Shown: positions 10,053 to 20,618, counted from the stretch's first letter. The stretch is 64,000 bases of DNA from Roseibacillus sp. (GCA_051251855.1 JBPOGI010000004.1:64001-128000); one strand, 5' to 3'. Program-made: numbers and translations. Notes: generated by a model not told the origin, from the sequence alone.

Positions 10053-10589
10053 GTGGAAAAGCCTTCTCCAGAACACGACGCCCAGTTCGTTGCGCTGCTC
10101 ACCGAGCACCAAAGCGCGATTCGACTCTACGTCGCGTCACTCATGCCTGGCGACAGTCATGCCTCCGACGTCGCCCAGCAGGCCAACGCAAAGATTTGGA
10201 AAAAGCACACCGACTTCGAACTCGGCACCAACTTTAAAGCCTGGGCCTTTGCCATCGCACGCTACGAAGTTCTCACTTATCGCAAAAAGCAGGCTCGCGA
10301 TTCACGCCTCGTCTTCAGCGAAGAGCTCGAAGAAGTTTTTGCCGAAGAAGTCCCCCAGGCTTCCCAGCATATCGAAGACCGACAACTTGCACTTAAGGAC
10401 TGCCTCGCTAGCTTAAGCGCCAGCGAGCGCGATCTTATTCTCAACCGCTACTTCGAAGACAACACCCTCGCCGTCTACGCTAAAAAAATCGGACGTAGCG
10501 CGGGCGGCCTTAAAGTCTCTCTCCATCGAGTGCGCAATAAGCTCCAACACTGCATCGAGCGGAAACTCACTCTCACCTCTGAATCATGA
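10053..10589 (+). CDS. ECF sigma-70 factor (Rhodopirellula/Verrucomicrobium type)
   Basis: FVALLTEHQ, DVAQQAN..IW, GTNFKAWAFAIAR and LKVSLHRVR motifs; GTG start assumed. Confidence 0.9.
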   Translation: MEKPSPEHDAQFVALLTEHQSAIRLYVASLMPGDSHASDVAQQANAKIWKKHTDFELGTNFKAWAFAIARYEVLTYRKKQARDSRLVFSEELEEVFAEEVPQASQHIEDRQLALKDCLASLSASERDLILNRYFEDNTLAVYAKKIGRSAGGLKVSLHRVRNKLQHCIERKLTLTSES

Positions 10590-12172
10590 AAGCGGACGAA
10601 CTCACCCAACTAATAGACTCCGTTCTCGATGGCGATTGCTCGGAGGCTGACTTCCTCAAATTGGAAGCCCAGCTTCACGTCGACCCTCAAGCACGCCGAA
10701 TCTATTACCAACGGCTTCAGCTTCATGATGGACTCACCACGGAAGCGCTCGAAAGCCATCGCCCTTCTGACTCAGAACTCCCAAGCATCACTCATCTCAC
10801 GACCAAAAGAAGTCCCGACTGGGGAAACCATCAACGCATTTGGATTCTTGGAGGAACACTCGCCACCGCAGCTGCCATCGCCATCGGATTCTTTATGGAT
10901 CCCAATCGCAACCAACCCTCTTCAGAGAATAACGTCGTAATCGACGAACCCGTCGCTACCGGCTTTGGCGTTCTCGCCGAATCTTCCAACGCCGTTTGGG
11001 CTGACCGCACCATCCAACGCGGCGACCTCATCCCCACCGGCCCCCTCAAACTTAAGTCAGGCCTCGCCAAACTCGAACTTTTCAGCGGCGTTGAAATCGT
11101 AATCGAAGGGGAAGCCGAGTTCGAACTCCAGTCCGCCATGGCCATGACCGTTCATCGCGGGAAACTGCAAGCCGACGTTCCCGAGCCCGCCCACGGCTTC
11201 CGCGTCCTCACCTCCACTGGCGAAGTCGTCGACCTCGGCACCCGCTTCGCCATGAACGTCACTCCCGATCACAACGACCTCCAAGTCCTTGAGGGCGAAA
11301 TCGAATGGCACCCCAAGTCCGCGCAAAAAGCAAACCTCCTCGACGGCGACAAGCTCCGATGGACAGCTGCCGGCAAACAAGCAGAGACACCCAACGACTT
11401 CGACCTTTTTGAAGACACCCTCGACTTCGACCGCAACCGCGACACCCGCCGACAAGCTTGGCAGCAACAAAGCGAAGTCCTGCGCCACGACCCCCACCTC
11501 CTTGCCTACTACGCAATGGAAAGCACTGGAACCCGCACTCTCCCCGACAACTCTTCTCAGGAAAACAACGGCACCATCGTCCGCGCCTCCCGCTCCTCCA
11601 ATCGCTGGGGACAGAGCGACCGAGGTCTCGACTTCAGCCCCACCGGCAGCCGCGTTCGCCTCAATGTTCCCGGCACCCACCAAGCCCTCACTCTCTTCTG
11701 TTGGGTCCGCATCGATAGCCTCGACCGCCACTACAACTCCCTCTTCCTCACCGATGGCCACGAAATCAACGAACCTCACTGGCAAATTCTGGACGACGGT
11801 CGCCTCTTCTTTTCGGTAAAGAAGCATGACCACAAGAGCCCACACAAACACATCGCCTACTCCCCTCCTATCTGGACCCCCGCGCAAAGTGGACAATGGC
11901 TCCAAATCGCCACCGTCTACGACAGTTCCGCTGGCACCACCACCCACTACCTCAACGGCGAACAAATCAGCCAAGACCAACTCGCCCCCGAGCTTATCGT
12001 TCCCCAAGTCTCCATCGGCGCTGCCTCTATCGGTAACTGGAGCGAGCCCTACAGCCAAGACCCCGACTTCGCGGTCCGCAACCTCAACGGAGCCATCGAC
12101 GAGTTCGCGCTCTTTTCCACCCCTCTCACTTCTGACGAAATCAAAAATCTCTACGAAACCGGCAAACCCTAA
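10586..12172 (+). CDS. Putative anti-sigma factor with TM helix, FecR domain and C-terminal LamG-like jellyroll
   Basis: Overlaps sigma stop (ATGA); VVDLGTRF FecR motif; LamG motifs WLQIATVYD..YLNG and GAIDEFALFSTPLTSDEI. Confidence 0.88.
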   Translation: MKADELTQLIDSVLDGDCSEADFLKLEAQLHVDPQARRIYYQRLQLHDGLTTEALESHRPSDSELPSITHLTTKRSPDWGNHQRIWILGGTLATAAAIAIGFFMDPNRNQPSSENNVVIDEPVATGFGVLAESSNAVWADRTIQRGDLIPTGPLKLKSGLAKLELFSGVEIVIEGEAEFELQSAMAMTVHRGKLQADVPEPAHGFRVLTSTGEVVDLGTRFAMNVTPDHNDLQVLEGEIEWHPKSAQKANLLDGDKLRWTAAGKQAETPNDFDLFEDTLDFDRNRDTRRQAWQQQSEVLRHDPHLLAYYAMESTGTRTLPDNSSQENNGTIVRASRSSNRWGQSDRGLDFSPTGSRVRLNVPGTHQALTLFCWVRIDSLDRHYNSLFLTDGHEINEPHWQILDDGRLFFSVKKHDHKSPHKHIAYSPPIWTPAQSGQWLQIATVYDSSAGTTTHYLNGEQISQDQLAPELIVPQVSIGAASIGNWSEPYSQDPDFAVRNLNGAIDEFALFSTPLTSDEIKNLYETGKP

Positions 12173-12179
12173 TCCGATC

Positions 12180-15035
12180 ATGAATTCTCTTATTTCCAAA
12201 CCCCTTCTCGCCAGCCTCGCGCTGACCTCTTTTGCACCCTTCGCAAGTGCTGAATTCGAGGAAGCTGACCGTCACTTCACCCTCAAGGTCCTTCCCATTC
12301 TGCATGAGAAGTGCATCGCCTGCCACGGCAATCCCGACGAAGACCTCAAGGGCGGACTCGACATGTCTACTCGCGAACTTCTCCTCAAGGGCGGCGACAA
12401 CTTCACCGACGTCGTCGTCCCCGGCGATGCTTCCAAGAGCTTCATCATGACCACCATCAAGTGGGATGATCCAGAATGGGAAATGCCTCCTAAGGAAAAC
12501 GACCGCCTCGACGAAAAGCAAATCGCCCACGTCGAGCAATGGATCAACGACGGCGCCCCTTGGCCTGACGAAAGCATCCAAGAAGAGATCTTCCTCGCCG
12601 AACGCGAGCGCACCGTCACCGAAGACGGAGTCATCATCACCACCTCCGGCGGACTCGCCGACACTTGGACCTACCGTCGCTATCAACCCGAAGACATCTG
12701 GGCCTTCCGTCCTCTCGACCACACCGTTCAACCCAGCCCCGAAGCGACCCACCCCATCGACTCCTTCATCAACGAGAAGCTCAACGAAGCGGGTGCTGAA
12801 AAAGCCCCCATCGCTGACCTCACCACTCTTCTGCGTCGCGCCAGCTTCGACCTCACCGGCCTCCCCCCGACTCCCGAAGAAACCGAGAAATTCTTACAAG
12901 CCTCCGAATCCAATCCTCAGCAAGCTTGGTCCGACCTCATCGACAGCCTCCTCGACAGCCCTCAATATGGCGAGCGCTGGGCCCAACATTGGCTCGACGT
13001 CGCCCGCTACGCCGACACCGGCGGCATGTCCAACGACTACGAACGCTCCAATGCCTGGCGCTACCGCGACTACGTGATCAGCTCTCTCAACGAGGACAAG
13101 CCTTATGACCAATTCATCATTGAGCAAATCGCCGGCGACGAACTCGCCGACCAGTCCCTCCGCGCCCGCACCCCCGATTGGGAAGAATACCAAAAGGCCC
13201 GCCAAGAAGGCCACTACACCTCCGAGGAAGCCGAGTTGTTAGTCGCCAGCAGCTTCCTCCGCATGGGCCCCTGGGACCCCGCCATGGTGAAGGTTCCTGA
13301 AGCCCGTCAAATGTATCTCGACGATGTCATCAACTCGGTGGGACAGACTTTCCTCTCCACCACCATGCGCTGCTTCAAGTGCCATGACCACAAGTTCGAC
13401 CCCCTTCCTGCCAAGGACTACTACCGTTTCTACGCCGCCTTCGCGGGCACCCAACTCGCCGAACGCAAAGCCCCCTTTGCCCCTGATGAGAAGACCGCAG
13501 GCTTCGAAGAAGGCAAGCAGATGGTCGAGCGCTTGCTCGCCTACGCCACCGAGAAGAAAGACGCGATTCTAGAAAAACAGGAGAACGCCGCTCGCGACTG
13601 GTATAAAGAAAACGGCACTGAGTATGTCGGCCTCAACGAGCGCAAAGACCTTCCCGACGAAGAAAAACCGCCCCGTCATGTCGGCCTCGACAACGTTGAA
13701 AAAGGACAACTCAAAGTCCGCGAGCAAGACGCTTGGATTTGGGAACGTCGCCTCGAGCGCTACCAGCCTTGGGTGCAATCCGTCTACAACGGTCCCGACC
13801 TCAAGTTCCTCAACGCCCGCAAGCTGCGCATGAACGCCAAGGCGAATACGAAATGGCGTCCCGAAAGCACCATCCTAACCGGTGGCTCCCTCGAAGCTCC
13901 TGGCGACCCCGTCACTCCAGGAGTTCTTAGCCCTCTCGGTCTTCCCTCACCAACAGGTTCAGAAGAAGACCCTTTCAAGGTCCCCGAAGAAATTGAAGGC
14001 CGCCGCCTAGCCGTTGCCAAGTGGATTGCCAATCCCGAGAACGCCCTCAGCGCGCGTTCCATCGTCAACCGCGTATGGCAATATCATTTCGGCAAACCCA
14101 TCGCCGGAACCCCGAACAACTTTGGAGTCAAAGGCGCCAAGCCCACCCACCCCGAACTGTTGGACTGGCTTGCCGCCGACTTCGTCGCCAACGGATGGCA
14201 ATTCAAGCGCCTTCATCGCCTCATCATGAGCTCTGCGACCTACCAGCAGGCCAGCCGTCATCCTAACTTCAAGGAACTCGCCAATCAAGACCCTAACAAC
14301 GACCTCTTCGCTCACTTCCCCATCCGCCGTCTCACCGCGGAAGAGATTCGCGATGGCATGCTCAAAATCACCGGCGAGCTCAACTACGAACAAGGAGGAT
14401 TACCCAGCCGCCCTGAAATCAATATGGAGGTCGCCCTCCAGCCCCGCATGATTCAGTTCTCCCTCGCCCCTGCCTACACTCCTTCCCCCACCCCAGAGGA
14501 GCGCAACCGCCGCAGCATCTACGGCTACCGGGTGCGAGGAATGGCCGATCCCTTCTTGGAGACCTTCAACCAGCCCAACCCCAACGACTCCTGCGCGGGT
14601 CGGGATGAAGCCTCGGTTTCACCACAAGCATTCACTCTCATGAATAGCGACCTGATGACCGATCGCTCCATCGCCTTCGCACTTCGCTTGGAGAAAGAAG
14701 CCTCTTCTCATGAAGAAAAGGTAGACCGAGCCTTCCAACTCACTCTCGGGCGCGAACCTTCCGGCGACGAAAGCGAGATGATGGTGAAGTATATTCAGGA
14801 GATGGAAGCGTATCATCAGGATTCCACCCCCACTCCTCGCGAATATCCCACCAAGATTACCCGCACTCTCATCGAAGAGTTTTCCGGCAGTCCCTTCCAA
14901 TACGAGGAGATACTCCCCATCTTCGAAAACTACCAACCCGACACGCAAGCTCATGAAGTTAGCCCCGGAACCCGGGCCCTCGCCGACTTCTGCCTCGTCC
15001 TCTTCAACAGCAACGAATTCGTCCACCTCTACTAG
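12180..15035 (+). CDS. Planctomycete cytochrome c / PSCyt2 (DUF1549) / PSD1 (DUF1553) domain protein
   Basis: Signal peptide; CIACH and CFKCHDHKFDP; YGERWAQHWLDVARYADT; RSIVNRVWQYHFG; PTHPELLDWLA. True start is 12180, not 11826. Confidence 0.93.
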   Translation: MNSLISKPLLASLALTSFAPFASAEFEEADRHFTLKVLPILHEKCIACHGNPDEDLKGGLDMSTRELLLKGGDNFTDVVVPGDASKSFIMTTIKWDDPEWEMPPKENDRLDEKQIAHVEQWINDGAPWPDESIQEEIFLAERERTVTEDGVIITTSGGLADTWTYRRYQPEDIWAFRPLDHTVQPSPEATHPIDSFINEKLNEAGAEKAPIADLTTLLRRASFDLTGLPPTPEETEKFLQASESNPQQAWSDLIDSLLDSPQYGERWAQHWLDVARYADTGGMSNDYERSNAWRYRDYVISSLNEDKPYDQFIIEQIAGDELADQSLRARTPDWEEYQKARQEGHYTSEEAELLVASSFLRMGPWDPAMVKVPEARQMYLDDVINSVGQTFLSTTMRCFKCHDHKFDPLPAKDYYRFYAAFAGTQLAERKAPFAPDEKTAGFEEGKQMVERLLAYATEKKDAILEKQENAARDWYKENGTEYVGLNERKDLPDEEKPPRHVGLDNVEKGQLKVREQDAWIWERRLERYQPWVQSVYNGPDLKFLNARKLRMNAKANTKWRPESTILTGGSLEAPGDPVTPGVLSPLGLPSPTGSEEDPFKVPEEIEGRRLAVAKWIANPENALSARSIVNRVWQYHFGKPIAGTPNNFGVKGAKPTHPELLDWLAADFVANGWQFKRLHRLIMSSATYQQASRHPNFKELANQDPNNDLFAHFPIRRLTAEEIRDGMLKITGELNYEQGGLPSRPEINMEVALQPRMIQFSLAPAYTPSPTPEERNRRSIYGYRVRGMADPFLETFNQPNPNDSCAGRDEASVSPQAFTLMNSDLMTDRSIAFALRLEKEASSHEEKVDRAFQLTLGREPSGDESEMMVKYIQEMEAYHQDSTPTPREYPTKITRTLIEEFSGSPFQYEEILPIFENYQPDTQAHEVSPGTRALADFCLVLFNSNEFVHLY

Positions 15036-15040
15036 GAATC

Positions 15041-15068
15041 GGGAGTGTGGCTTTTCAAGCCGCCCCAC
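15041..15068. repeat. Short GGAG-headed palindromic repeat; inverted copy at 55512-55539
   Basis: GGGAGTGTGGCTTTTCAAGCCGCCCCAC versus reverse complement of 55512-55539, GGGAGCGTGGCTTTGCAAGCCGCCCCAC (26/28). Confidence 0.75.
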
Positions 15069-15099
15069 TTTTCCGTCAAAAACCAAACCACCTCTCATC

Positions 15100-16527
15100 A
15101 TGATCCATCAAATCTGCTCCCGCCCCATCTCAAGCGCTTCTAGCCGTCGCGAGTTCCTCTACGGCCTCGGTGCCAGCCTTGGCTCCGTCGCCATGACCGA
15201 CATGCTCGCCAAAGACGCGGCTCCTTCGATGTTGCAAAATCCATTGGCACCTCAGTCTCCGCTCAACCCCGCCAAAGCCAAGAACGTCATCATGCTCTTC
15301 ATGGAAGGCGGTCCTGGCCACATGGATACTTTCGACCCCAAGCCTAAACTCACCCAGCTCCACAAAACCGAATCCCAACTTGGTGGTTCCCTTCACACCG
15401 GCTTCAAATTCTTCGTTGGCAGCCCCTTCGGCTTCTCCAAAGTCGGCCAATCCGGCATCGAAATGTGTGACGAGTTCCAATACCTCCGCGACCCTGAAAT
15501 CGTGGACGAGCTTTGCAACTACCGCGGTTGCCAAGCTGAATCCCTCAACCACCCCGAAGCCCTCTTCCACATGAACACCGGCAGCCGACTCGGCGCCGAC
15601 CCCGCTTTGGGTGCATGGGCGACCTACGGCTTGGGCAGTAGTAACCAAAACCTTCCCGGCTACGTCGTCATGACCGAGAACGCCCTCCCCCAAGGTGGCT
15701 CTCGCAACTGGTCCAACGGCTTCCTCCCCGCCTACCACCAAGGCACCGCCCTCCGCCCCACCGGCTCCCCCATCCTCGACCTCGACTCTCAAAGCTACAA
15801 AAGCCGCGCCCATCAGCGCGCCGCCCTCGACGCTCTTGGCTATCTTAATAAAGAGCACGCCAACCAACACCCCGAGCACGCCGACCTCATGGCCCGCATC
15901 GAGTCCTATGAACTCGCCCACCGCATGCAAATGGAGGTTCCCGATGTCGTCGCCATTGATGACGAGCCCGAATACATGAAGGAAATGTATGGCCTCAACG
16001 AAGACCACACCGCCGACTTCGGTCGCCAATGCCTCATGGCTCGACGCCTCGTCGAAAAAGGAACTCGCTTCGTGCAAATCTTCTCCGGTGGCTGGGACAG
16101 CCACGACTACCTCGAACGCGGTCACAGCTCCCGCATCAAGAGTGTCGACCGTCCCATGGCCGCCCTCATCAAAGACCTTAAGCAACGCGGAATGCTCGAA
16201 GACACTCTCGTCATCTGGACCGGCGAATTCGGCCGCACCCCTGACAACAACAAACGCGGCGGAGTCTACTCCATCGGTCGCGGTCACAACGCCAACGCCA
16301 TGTCCATGATGATGGCCGGTGGCGGTGTCAAACCCGGAGCCATCGTCGGGGCCACCGACGAACTCGGCGCCGAAGCCGTCGATGTCAAACACCCCATCCG
16401 CGACTTCCACTGCACCCTTCTCCATCTGTTAGGACTCGACGACAACAAGCTCACCTACTTCCACGCCGGTCGCTACAAACAACTCAGTCAATTCGGAGGC
16501 AAAGTCATCACCGAGCTACTCGCGTAA
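15100..16527 (+). CDS. DUF1501 domain protein (Tat-exported)
   Basis: SRREFL twin-arginine motif; LFMEGGPGHMDTFDPKP, GWDSH, WTGEFGRTP and TLLHLLGLD motifs. Confidence 0.92.
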   Translation: MIHQICSRPISSASSRREFLYGLGASLGSVAMTDMLAKDAAPSMLQNPLAPQSPLNPAKAKNVIMLFMEGGPGHMDTFDPKPKLTQLHKTESQLGGSLHTGFKFFVGSPFGFSKVGQSGIEMCDEFQYLRDPEIVDELCNYRGCQAESLNHPEALFHMNTGSRLGADPALGAWATYGLGSSNQNLPGYVVMTENALPQGGSRNWSNGFLPAYHQGTALRPTGSPILDLDSQSYKSRAHQRAALDALGYLNKEHANQHPEHADLMARIESYELAHRMQMEVPDVVAIDDEPEYMKEMYGLNEDHTADFGRQCLMARRLVEKGTRFVQIFSGGWDSHDYLERGHSSRIKSVDRPMAALIKDLKQRGMLEDTLVIWTGEFGRTPDNNKRGGVYSIGRGHNANAMSMMMAGGGVKPGAIVGATDELGAEAVDVKHPIRDFHCTLLHLLGLDDNKLTYFHAGRYKQLSQFGGKVITELLA

Positions 16528-16533
16528 AGAAAG

Positions 16534-16705
16534 TCGAACGGCACTTCAATCGTGGCGTTGCCCTCTGGGCCACGAAGGTCAACCCCGGCATCCTGCCGGG
16601 GTCCAATTCTACTTCAACCGAGACGGCTGAAGGCACCTTCGCGGACAAGAGGCCCACGCCACTTTGAGATGCCACCAGTTGAGGGCAGCCCCTCACGGGC
16701 TCTTC
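16534..16705 (-). ncRNA. Candidate structured non-coding RNA (long stem ending in two hairpins); family not recognised
   Basis: 16540-16579 pairs with 16635-16673 and encloses hairpins at 16581-16603 and 16612-16632. Several A/C mismatches on + become G-U pairs on -. Confidence 0.55.
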
Positions 16706-16737
16706 ATTTTTAGTCCGCCCAACTGAGCCGATCCCAC

Positions 16738-16768
16738 AAAAAAAGAAGCGACACCCCTGCCGCTTCTT
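16738..16768 (-). terminator. Rho-independent terminator for the 16792-17403 gene
   Basis: On - strand: AAGAAGCG...CGCTTCTT stem running into a T tract. Confidence 0.75.
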
Positions 16769-16791
16769 GCACGTTGTTAGAATCCTTCCCA

Positions 16792-17403
16792 CTAAGCTGT
16801 AGCCTCACTCGTCGAGGCTTTCTTGCTCACTTTCTTCGCCATCCCATCAGCGGCGAGACGTTCCTGTCTCACGCCATGGAAGTAAAGAATCAGCGCGAAC
16901 ACCGCACCCACTCCTACCGAAGAAATCACCGCCAGCGGACGGTCCACAAAGGAATCCGCCCCTATCGGAATCGTCATCACCACCGGCAAAGCCAGCAGCG
17001 CGAATCCTGCCACCAAGGCATCGTTGAGAGTCTCGGTCACACTCCAACCACCGCCTTTGATACCGACCCAGAGCTTACCCAGAATCAATTGACCTAGGTG
17101 GCTTCCAAAGAGAGCCACTCCCGCCGCCACCAGCACCCAGTTGATCCAGGGAAGGTGAAACATCTCCACCTTGTCGATCCACTCCAGCATCGAAGCCGCC
17201 GTCTCGCGACCTTCCGGGGTCTCCGCCAGCTCCGTGAGTCGCGACGAAACCGCCTCATACTCACTCACCACCGCACCACCGACATCGATTCCTGCACCAC
17301 CGGAAGCTTCTTCAGCTCCCGCCGACACTTCCTGCGCGTTAAGACCTACCGCACCACCCCCAGCAAATGCCGAGGCCAATAATTTTACTTTGTTGTTCAT
17401 CAT
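16792..17403 (-). CDS. Hypothetical membrane protein (signal peptide plus ~3 TM helices)
   Basis: AAAGGA RBS before MMNNK; hydrophobic segments; followed by terminator. Confidence 0.75.
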   Translation of the reverse strand: MMNNKVKLLASAFAGGGAVGLNAQEVSAGAEEASGGAGIDVGGAVVSEYEAVSSRLTELAETPEGRETAASMLEWIDKVEMFHLPWINWVLVAAGVALFGSHLGQLILGKLWVGIKGGGWSVTETLNDALVAGFALLALPVVMTIPIGADSFVDRPLAVISSVGVGAVFALILYFHGVRQERLAADGMAKKVSKKASTSEATA

Positions 17404-17600
17404 GTTGTTGTCCTTTCGGATGCCAACAGCAAACACCACCTCCCAAAAACCGCCCATTATAACCGGATGCTACTTTTCTAAACGCCCCTCAAGCTTATTA
17501 AAAGCCCACCTCATTTGAGCTCTGAACAGACACACCTCTCCCTTCAGGTCACAACCCCGAATTGCAAAGCAACTCATTTCACGCCACCCTCCAATCAAGC

Positions 17601-18194
17601 ATGAATCGCCAACAATTCCTCCGCAGATTTCCCCTCATGGCTGCACCGTTAGCTCTCCCCTCTTGTTCTGGCCTCAATAACTTGGCCAATCTCGCTCTGC
17701 AGAGCAACTATCTCGTAAACTCCAGCTCCCTTTTATCGCGCCTCCTTCCTCACTTTCCCTTCAACCGCCAGTACTCCGGCATTGGACAAGTGAGCCTGAG
17801 CCAACCTTCCCTCGCGATGGTTCCAGAACAGAACAAGGTCCGCCTCGGCCTCACCGCCAACGCAGGCTTAGCGAACCAACTGAGCCAACAGACCGGCCTC
17901 AGCATCCTCAATGATATCGCCGGTCGCTCGACCTCTGGCACTTGCCAACTCGCCTGCGGCCTCCGGTTTAATCCAGCTGACAATGGAATCTATCTCAAGG
18001 AGCCTGTTCTGGAGGAGCTCAATCTTCAAGGTCTCGCGAGCAGCTACACCGAACCAGCTCGCGGCCTCATCAACCTCATCGGCCCGCAGATTCTCGATAA
18101 ATACCCCGTCCACACCCTCGAACCCTCCTTTACTACCCGCGCGCTCTCAAGTCTTGCCGTGAAGAAAAACGGACTTCTCCTCGACTTCCTATAG
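17601..18194 (+). CDS. DUF1439-like lipoprotein
   Basis: MNRQQFLRRF...ALPSC signal; HFPFNRQY, LSQPSL, CGLRFNPADNGIYLKEP and PVHTL resemble DUF1439. Confidence 0.7.
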   Translation: MNRQQFLRRFPLMAAPLALPSCSGLNNLANLALQSNYLVNSSSLLSRLLPHFPFNRQYSGIGQVSLSQPSLAMVPEQNKVRLGLTANAGLANQLSQQTGLSILNDIAGRSTSGTCQLACGLRFNPADNGIYLKEPVLEELNLQGLASSYTEPARGLINLIGPQILDKYPVHTLEPSFTTRALSSLAVKKNGLLLDFL

Positions 18195-18302
18195 TCTACT
18201 GGAAGAGATGCGCGAAAACGAAGGCAACCAAGAAAGAAGGCAAGGTGGATAGATGCTAGATTCGCGATTTTATCGTGGATTTCGAAACTCTTGCCTCCGC
18301 CC

Positions 18303-19343
18303 TCAGAGGTCATCCAAAACTTCACAGGACATTCTTTCACTATAGCTGTTCAACTTCCAATGAGTCGGACACCAGCCTTTAAGGAAACGATGAAAATCGG
18401 TCCAAGCATACGGATAAAGGCTCCGCCATTCAGTAATGAGGGCCGCAGGGTCCAAGGTGGACCGACGACGTGAGAGAGCTTTTGTGAGAAAAGAAAAGTA
18501 GCTATCGAGAAGTTCACTTTCTTGTTGCTCGATGGCCTCCTCGTCGAGGCAACTGCCGAGAAAGTAAGCGACATCTTTCATACCGCAACCCCCACCGACG
18601 TATTGAAAATCGAGGGCAGCGACTTGGTCGCCATTTTGGGAGAAGCAGAAATTGGCAAGTTTAGCGTCGCCGTGAACAAGGGTTTGGTATCGTGCTTCGC
18701 TGAGGGCCGCGTCAATGGCGGGGGCGGCAGCTTTGAGAGCCTCATCATCTAGAGCAACGAGTTCATCAGGACGGGTAGCGAGGTGCCAGTAGGTTCCTGT
18801 TTCCCAGAGACCAGCAGGTGGAGAAGGATTCTCTTGCAGAAAGGTCGCGTGAAATTCCGCGAGCCATTTCAGGCAGAGGTTCACTTGCTCAAAGGTGAGA
18901 GAAGTAAGTCGGTTAGGAAAACCCGAGGCGTCAAGGTCTTCTAGCAAGAGGAGGGTTTGTTCCCCGTCTTGTAGGCTCCCTAGGAGCTGAGGAGTACGGC
19001 AATGGGCATCGCAGGCTCCGTTTTGGTTTTGGTAGAAGTGACTTTCCACCTCATAGGACCGAACTTTTCGTTGATGGGAAAGATTAGTGCTCCAGCCTCG
19101 GGGGTGATGGGCCTTGTAGGGAAGGTCGATGAATTTAGCGACAACGGTTTGATGTTCACAACCATGCAGACGAAGACGAAGGATCTGACCGTAGCCGCTC
19201 CAAAGTTCTTGCATCACCTCTTCAACTTCGAAGCGAGATGCGCCAGTGACTTCCTGGATGAAGGTCGAGAATGGAGGGTCGGTAACGATAGGAGTATAAG
19301 ATTTATGAAGAATTTTTCGATCCGGCAGGACGAGTGCGGGCAC
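18303..19343 (-). CDS. Phosphotransferase of the choline/aminoglycoside/ecdysteroid kinase-like family; start uncertain
   Basis: [21 protein letters not shown] (Brenner motif) and DFQYVG. In-frame GTG at 19343 assumed because the 19526 start overlaps the upstream gene heavily. Confidence 0.8.
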   Translation of the reverse strand: MPALVLPDRKILHKSYTPIVTDPPFSTFIQEVTGASRFEVEEVMQELWSGYGQILRLRLHGCEHQTVVAKFIDLPYKAHHPRGWSTNLSHQRKVRSYEVESHFYQNQNGACDAHCRTPQLLGSLQDGEQTLLLLEDLDASGFPNRLTSLTFEQVNLCLKWLAEFHATFLQENPSPPAGLWETGTYWHLATRPDELVALDDEALKAAAPAIDAALSEARYQTLVHGDAKLANFCFSQNGDQVAALDFQYVGGGCGMKDVAYFLGSCLDEEAIEQQESELLDSYFSFLTKALSRRRSTLDPAALITEWRSLYPYAWTDFHRFLKGWCPTHWKLNSYSERMSCEVLDDL

Positions 19344-20550
19344 TCGCGGTCCGGCTAACAGCGATGACGAGGGGGATGAGGACAACCAAGGTTTCCCAGC
19401 GAGCGAGGCTGAGTGCTGTGAAAATTTGGCCACCGTCGAACAAGCAAGCAACGAGGCCAAACACGACCAGAGAAAGCTCGGGAGTGCGACGGATTTTCCA
19501 AAGAGCTGAGACCAAAACGACTCCAAGGACCGCCGTCCCTAAAAATCCGTATCCAACCAGTTGTCCTAAATATGCACTGTGAGGATGGTGCACCACCCAA
19601 CCGAGTTCCTCGGGAGGCAGACTGGGAACATGACCTTTGCCCACAATCCAGTCCGAAACCGAAAGCTGTGAAAGATACTCTCGATAAACATCGGTCCGGC
19701 CAGCAGAACCGCGATTGACGAGATCTCCCCCGCCCGCTTGCCCCATGCGGAGAGCTAGGAACCAATAGACGAGAAAGCCCGCGAACGAGGCCAGCAGGCT
19801 TTGCAGCGTGTGAATAGGAACCACACGCAGCTGAAAAGGACTCTTCTCGAAAAAGGCGCCTTTCGCGAAATGGACCGCACCTGCTACCACGACAGCAAGA
19901 AGCGCCCCTCTCGACTCACTCGCTGCCAAGGTGAACCCAAGCACGAGCAGAACTAAATAACGCACCCAAGCTGGAATCTTATCATGGCGAGCCCATGGCC
20001 CCCAACCAGCTACGAGAGCAAATCCAATCAGAATCCCCGTCGTCACCGCATTGAAACCAGGCTCGTAACGCCAGACCAGTCGAAAGCGCTGTTCCGAAAT
20101 CGCATACTGTTGATAAAAGAGCACCAGACTCACCACCACGGCGAGGGAGGCCATGGCGACTGCCGAGAGCCAGAGGCGATTGCGAGAAGGAGGGCTATTT
20201 CCAATGAGAGCCAAAGTGCTGATGATAACAGTCAGCACGACGAAGTCTTTCCCGCTACCGGCCCCGCCCCACCAATCACCAGTTCGAAATCCCGTGACCC
20301 AGAATTGCCACTCAATGAGCGAGAAGAGACCAAACCACCAAAGGTTCTTGTGGATACCGCCCCCGAAGTGGCCAAACCACTCTTTCCAAAGCGGCCAGAT
20401 GCGATCGGCATTGAGCGCGAAGGAAGGAAGAACTACCCATTGCAACCAGAGGTCATGCTCCCAGCGGCCGCGCGCCCACCAGAATCCCGTCACCCAACCC
20501 ATGAGGGCGAGGTTCAGGAGCCGTAGGCGCCAGTGGGAGGAAGTGCTCAA
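19303..20550 (-). CDS. O-antigen ligase/polymerase (Wzy_C) family membrane protein
   Basis: ~10-12 TM segments; [18 protein letters not shown] and HPHSAYL..LVGYG motifs. Confidence 0.78.
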   Translation of the reverse strand: MSTSSHWRLRLLNLALMGWVTGFWWARGRWEHDLWLQWVVLPSFALNADRIWPLWKEWFGHFGGGIHKNLWWFGLFSLIEWQFWVTGFRTGDWWGGAGSGKDFVVLTVIISTLALIGNSPPSRNRLWLSAVAMASLAVVVSLVLFYQQYAISEQRFRLVWRYEPGFNAVTTGILIGFALVAGWGPWARHDKIPAWVRYLVLLVLGFTLAASESRGALLAVVVAGAVHFAKGAFFEKSPFQLRVVPIHTLQSLLASFAGFLVYWFLALRMGQAGGGDLVNRGSAGRTDVYREYLSQLSVSDWIVGKGHVPSLPPEELGWVVHHPHSAYLGQLVGYGFLGTAVLGVVLVSALWKIRRTPELSLVVFGLVACLFDGGQIFTALSLARWETLVVLIPLVIAVSRTASARTRPAGSKNSS

Positions 20551-20553
20551 AAT

Positions 20554-20617
20554 GGAGCAAGGACATTCCTGTCCTTGAGAGAGGATATGGACTCAGGGAC
20601 AGGAATGTCCCTGCTCC
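20554..20617. repeat. Inverted REP doublet, type B
   Basis: GGAGCAAGGACATTCCTGTCCTTG (20554-20577) and CAGGGACAGGAATGTCCCTGCTCC (20594-20617); near-identical to the 3308-3364 doublet. Confidence 0.88.
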
Positions 20618-20618
20618 C

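Noticed and set aside
11826..12179. N-terminal extension of the PSD1 protein given by the ORF track
   Set aside because: Overlaps the FecR-LamG gene; the signal peptide starts at 12180. The same applies to the 14953, 19526, 5985 and 58643 extensions
2298..16425. Long V/G/E-rich antisense ORFs (2298-3170, 6757-7896, 11057-12199, 15130-16425) and P/S/T-rich off-frame ORFs
   Set aside because: Artefacts of strongly C-biased codon usage in the real + strand genes
16534..16705. Naming the structured element SRP RNA, 6S RNA, tRNA or retron msr-msd
   Set aside because: No SRP helix-8 motif, no clear 6S central bubble, no cloverleaf despite a GTTCGA, and no reverse transcriptase nearby
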